From: a virus
Taxonomy: Duplodnaviria > Caudoviricetes
IMG/VR virus record: IMGVR_UViG_3300030106_007522
Location: 1-55,909 of that record
Strand: one strand, 5' to 3'
DNA length: 55,909 nucleotides
Shown: positions 53,992 to 55,909 of the stretch, one piece after another
How the letters are laid out: every line of letters begins with the position of its first letter
Position numbering within the stretch: the first letter of the stretch is position 1
Position numbers and translations under genes: made by a program
Notes under the pieces: model-generated
What the model was told of the DNA's origin: nothing
The model's database searches: none
Seen by the model: only the letters and a program-made list of their open reading frames with translations

Positions 53992-54667
53992 CGTCTCCAT
54001 AGAAATATTCGTAATCGTCGTCGGTAGTGGTTTGCTGATATGGAAGGTTGTCCACATAATTTTGTAATTCTTCAAGCTCTTCTTCGCTAATGGTCCAGTC
54101 GTCGCTTATTGGTTTCTTTTTACTCTTTGCTTTTGACGCGACCTTTCCTCTTTTTGTTCTGACTTTCTTTCTGTGGCTATTTGCTTTTGACTTTGGGGAA
54201 TCACTAGGGTCCGTCATTGTGCCGCCGTTGCCGGGGAGAGGAATAACTTCTTTCGTGGTAATCTCTTGCCAGTCATCATAAAGCTCTTCTTCGACCACTT
54301 CTTCTTTTAGCTCTTTTTTTAATTCTTCTTCTGGCTTGTCTTCGCCGAAAACACCTTCAAGTATTTCGTCTCTCAATCTTTTACACACACTCTCGTGATG
54401 TTGCAATCTTTCACATGCCTCTTGCACGGCTTCATCAAAAACAATATTATAATTTTCAACTTTGATAAGATGATCGGGAAGGAACCACAGTCTTTGGTTA
54501 CGATGGTCAACTTCAATGAATGTGCTATTGGTCCACTTGTCAGTAGATACTTCAGTTATCTGACCTCTCTTGCCGCACAGGTTTGTATGTTCCACACTCC
54601 AGTGTTCCCATCGGTAATCTGGGTATGGGCATATCTCCACCCAGTTTCCCTTAACAAACGTTGCCAT
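53966..54667 (-). CDS. Hypothetical protein (SH3-like N-terminus, acidic/basic tail)
   Basis: The start MATFVKGNWVEI at 54667 overlaps the HNH stop (TAATG). Confidence 0.6.
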   Translation of the reverse strand: MATFVKGNWVEICPYPDYRWEHWSVEHTNLCGKRGQITEVSTDKWTNSTFIEVDHRNQRLWFLPDHLIKVENYNIVFDEAVQEACERLQHHESVCKRLRDEILEGVFGEDKPEEELKKELKEEVVEEELYDDWQEITTKEVIPLPGNGGTMTDPSDSPKSKANSHRKKVRTKRGKVASKAKSKKKPISDDWTISEEELEELQNYVDNLPYQQTTTDDDYEYFYGDDDDSDWFT

Positions 54668-55248
54668 TATAAAAACCTTTTCCAAACATCATTTGGATAT
54701 CGTTGTTCGAATCTTTTGAACCAGCCACGATCCCAGAATAGAGGCTTGGGCTTATTATAAAGCTTCATGCCAGATTTGTCAAGATCTTTGTCGCCCTTTT
54801 TATTGTTGCAGGAGCGGCATGCGGTAACAACATTGTCCCATGTCAATCCACCGCCCTTGCATGCAGGCACAACATGATCTATCGTCGATTCACGATGAGT
54901 AAGTTTTACTTGACAATACTGACATATGTTCAGATCTCTGAAGTTGACATTCTTCTTTGTGCAGATCGATTGTCTGATTTGTTTCTGTTTGTAATGTCTC
55001 ATAATCAAAACGTCGGGCACACCAAAAGCTGAATCAACAGAACGAAGTGCTTTAAAGTCAGAATCAATGGTCATGCGAATCTCTGAGTGGGTTATCCATT
55101 CGCGGAGATCAAAAACATTATAATCTGAATCAATCACATTTGCAGCCTCTCTGAACACCAAATATATAGCTCCCCGTAAATCTACAATTCTCATTGGTTG
55201 GTATGTCTTGTCTAACACTAATACTTTCTTGCTAAACAAATCAGTCAT
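54667..55248 (-). CDS. HNH endonuclease (McrA-like)
   Basis: VLVLDKTYQP, RDLNICQYC, TIDHVVP..KGG..TWDNVVTACRSCNNKKG. Confidence 0.9.
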   Translation of the reverse strand: MTDLFSKKVLVLDKTYQPMRIVDLRGAIYLVFREAANVIDSDYNVFDLREWITHSEIRMTIDSDFKALRSVDSAFGVPDVLIMRHYKQKQIRQSICTKKNVNFRDLNICQYCQVKLTHRESTIDHVVPACKGGGLTWDNVVTACRSCNNKKGDKDLDKSGMKLYNKPKPLFWDRGWFKRFEQRYPNDVWKRFL

Positions 55249-55251
55249 GTT

Positions 55252-55909
55252 CTACCCGCAGTGATATGTGCACCCAACAAAGGCTACTTTATATATTGTA
55301 CCATTGTGTTCGACTTCTTTACAGTCGTAATCTGTAGATTCTAAATCGAACATGCAATCTTGTGTAATCTTTGCTACTGTGTAGTTGTGGAGGATGTCGT
55401 CGTCTTGTCTCATACCATAACCAGGGATTTCGCAAGTGGTAATGTAATCTCCGTTCTCCAACATTCCGTTGATGTCAGATACCCAGATGGCACCTTCGCC
55501 GAGGGAGTTCACAACAATTCGATTGTCTTTCTTTTGAATCTTTGTTCCAAATGCCCCAGCAACATATTTTCTGATTGTTTCATTTGGGTCCTCCGCTTCA
55601 GAAACTACACCAAACACAGATTTTTGATTTCTTGTAGAGGATAATTCCACCCTGGGAAGGGACTCGTTTATTGTGGCAACGCTTTCTAAGGTGGAGATGT
55701 TGTTGTATGTTCCGTCAGCAACAACAATCATTCCCTCTTTACCGTCGAAGTCGGAAATTTCACCCGAAGAGGGTAAAGACCTGTGTTGACCAGTGAACTG
55801 GAAGTTTTTTTCGTCGTTGGCCGCATTCATGTATCCGCCATCGCCGCTCTCCTTGTACTCGAAGTGTAGATCTGCTTTGCTGGTTGTGGAGTCGGAATCC
55901 AATCCGATG
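55252..55909 (-). CDS. C-terminal part of a tail fibre/appendage protein with peptidase G2-like autoproteolytic chaperone domain (partial)
   Basis: FTGQH...VFGVVS...VNSLGEGAIWV...LENGDYITT...GYGM...TVAKIT...VGCTYHCG. The frame is open to the right edge. Confidence 0.7.
   Translation of the reverse strand, partial: IGLDSDSTTSKADLHFEYKESGDGGYMNAANDEKNFQFTGQHRSLPSSGEISDFDGKEGMIVVADGTYNNISTLESVATINESLPRVELSSTRNQKSVFGVVSEAEDPNETIRKYVAGAFGTKIQKKDNRIVVNSLGEGAIWVSDINGMLENGDYITTCEIPGYGMRQDDDILHNYTVAKITQDCMFDLESTDYDCKEVEHNGTIYKVAFVGCTYHCG

Noticed and set aside
54667-55248. HNH gene as an intron-encoded or mobile homing endonuclease
   Set aside because: It is a free-standing McrA-like type, coupled to its neighbours, with no interrupted gene or intron structure visible.
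1-55909. Stop-codon reassignment as in some large phages
   Set aside because: Long genes are intact in code 11, and TAA, TAG and TGA all terminate tightly packed genes.

Overview
This window is a segment of a large tailed-phage genome, probably a jumbo or large myovirus. It uses the standard genetic code and almost all genes are on the minus strand. From left to right: (1) 1-22.6 kb is a virion tail/baseplate block: a >1228-aa structural protein running off the left edge and missing from the ORF track, a tail fibre, LamG proteins, T4 gp6- and gp25-like wedge subunits, a 2212-aa protein and an M15 peptidase/gp5-like pair. (2) A gp55-like phage sigma factor follows. (3) 24.4-32.5 kb is a tightly coupled glycan-decoration cassette: three glycosyltransferase genes (four GT domains), LicD, a SAM methyltransferase, a pyruvyltransferase, a sulfotransferase, a membrane-anchored APS kinase and a small HIGH-type nucleotidyltransferase. 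(4) Next come a Cas4-like nuclease, PIN-PhoH, a trypsin-like lipoprotein, a J-domain protein, lysine 2,3-aminomutase, a DenV-like glycosylase, an outer-membrane beta-barrel, an acidic lipoprotein and Lon protease. (5) The right end holds acidic, probably head-packaged proteins, an HNH nuclease and a partial tail fibre with an autoproteolytic C-terminal domain. Notable non-coding structure includes a 71-bp imperfect palindrome with IHF-like boxes (41.3-41.4 kb), a TGCTTA repeat array around an AT-rich core (44.4-44.5 kb) and a recurrent upstream motif TA(T/C/A)TTA that is a candidate late promoter. The best candidate for an undescribed system is the self-contained phage PAPS-supply, sulfation and glycosylation cassette. 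All functional calls come from motif recognition by eye; no database searches were run.
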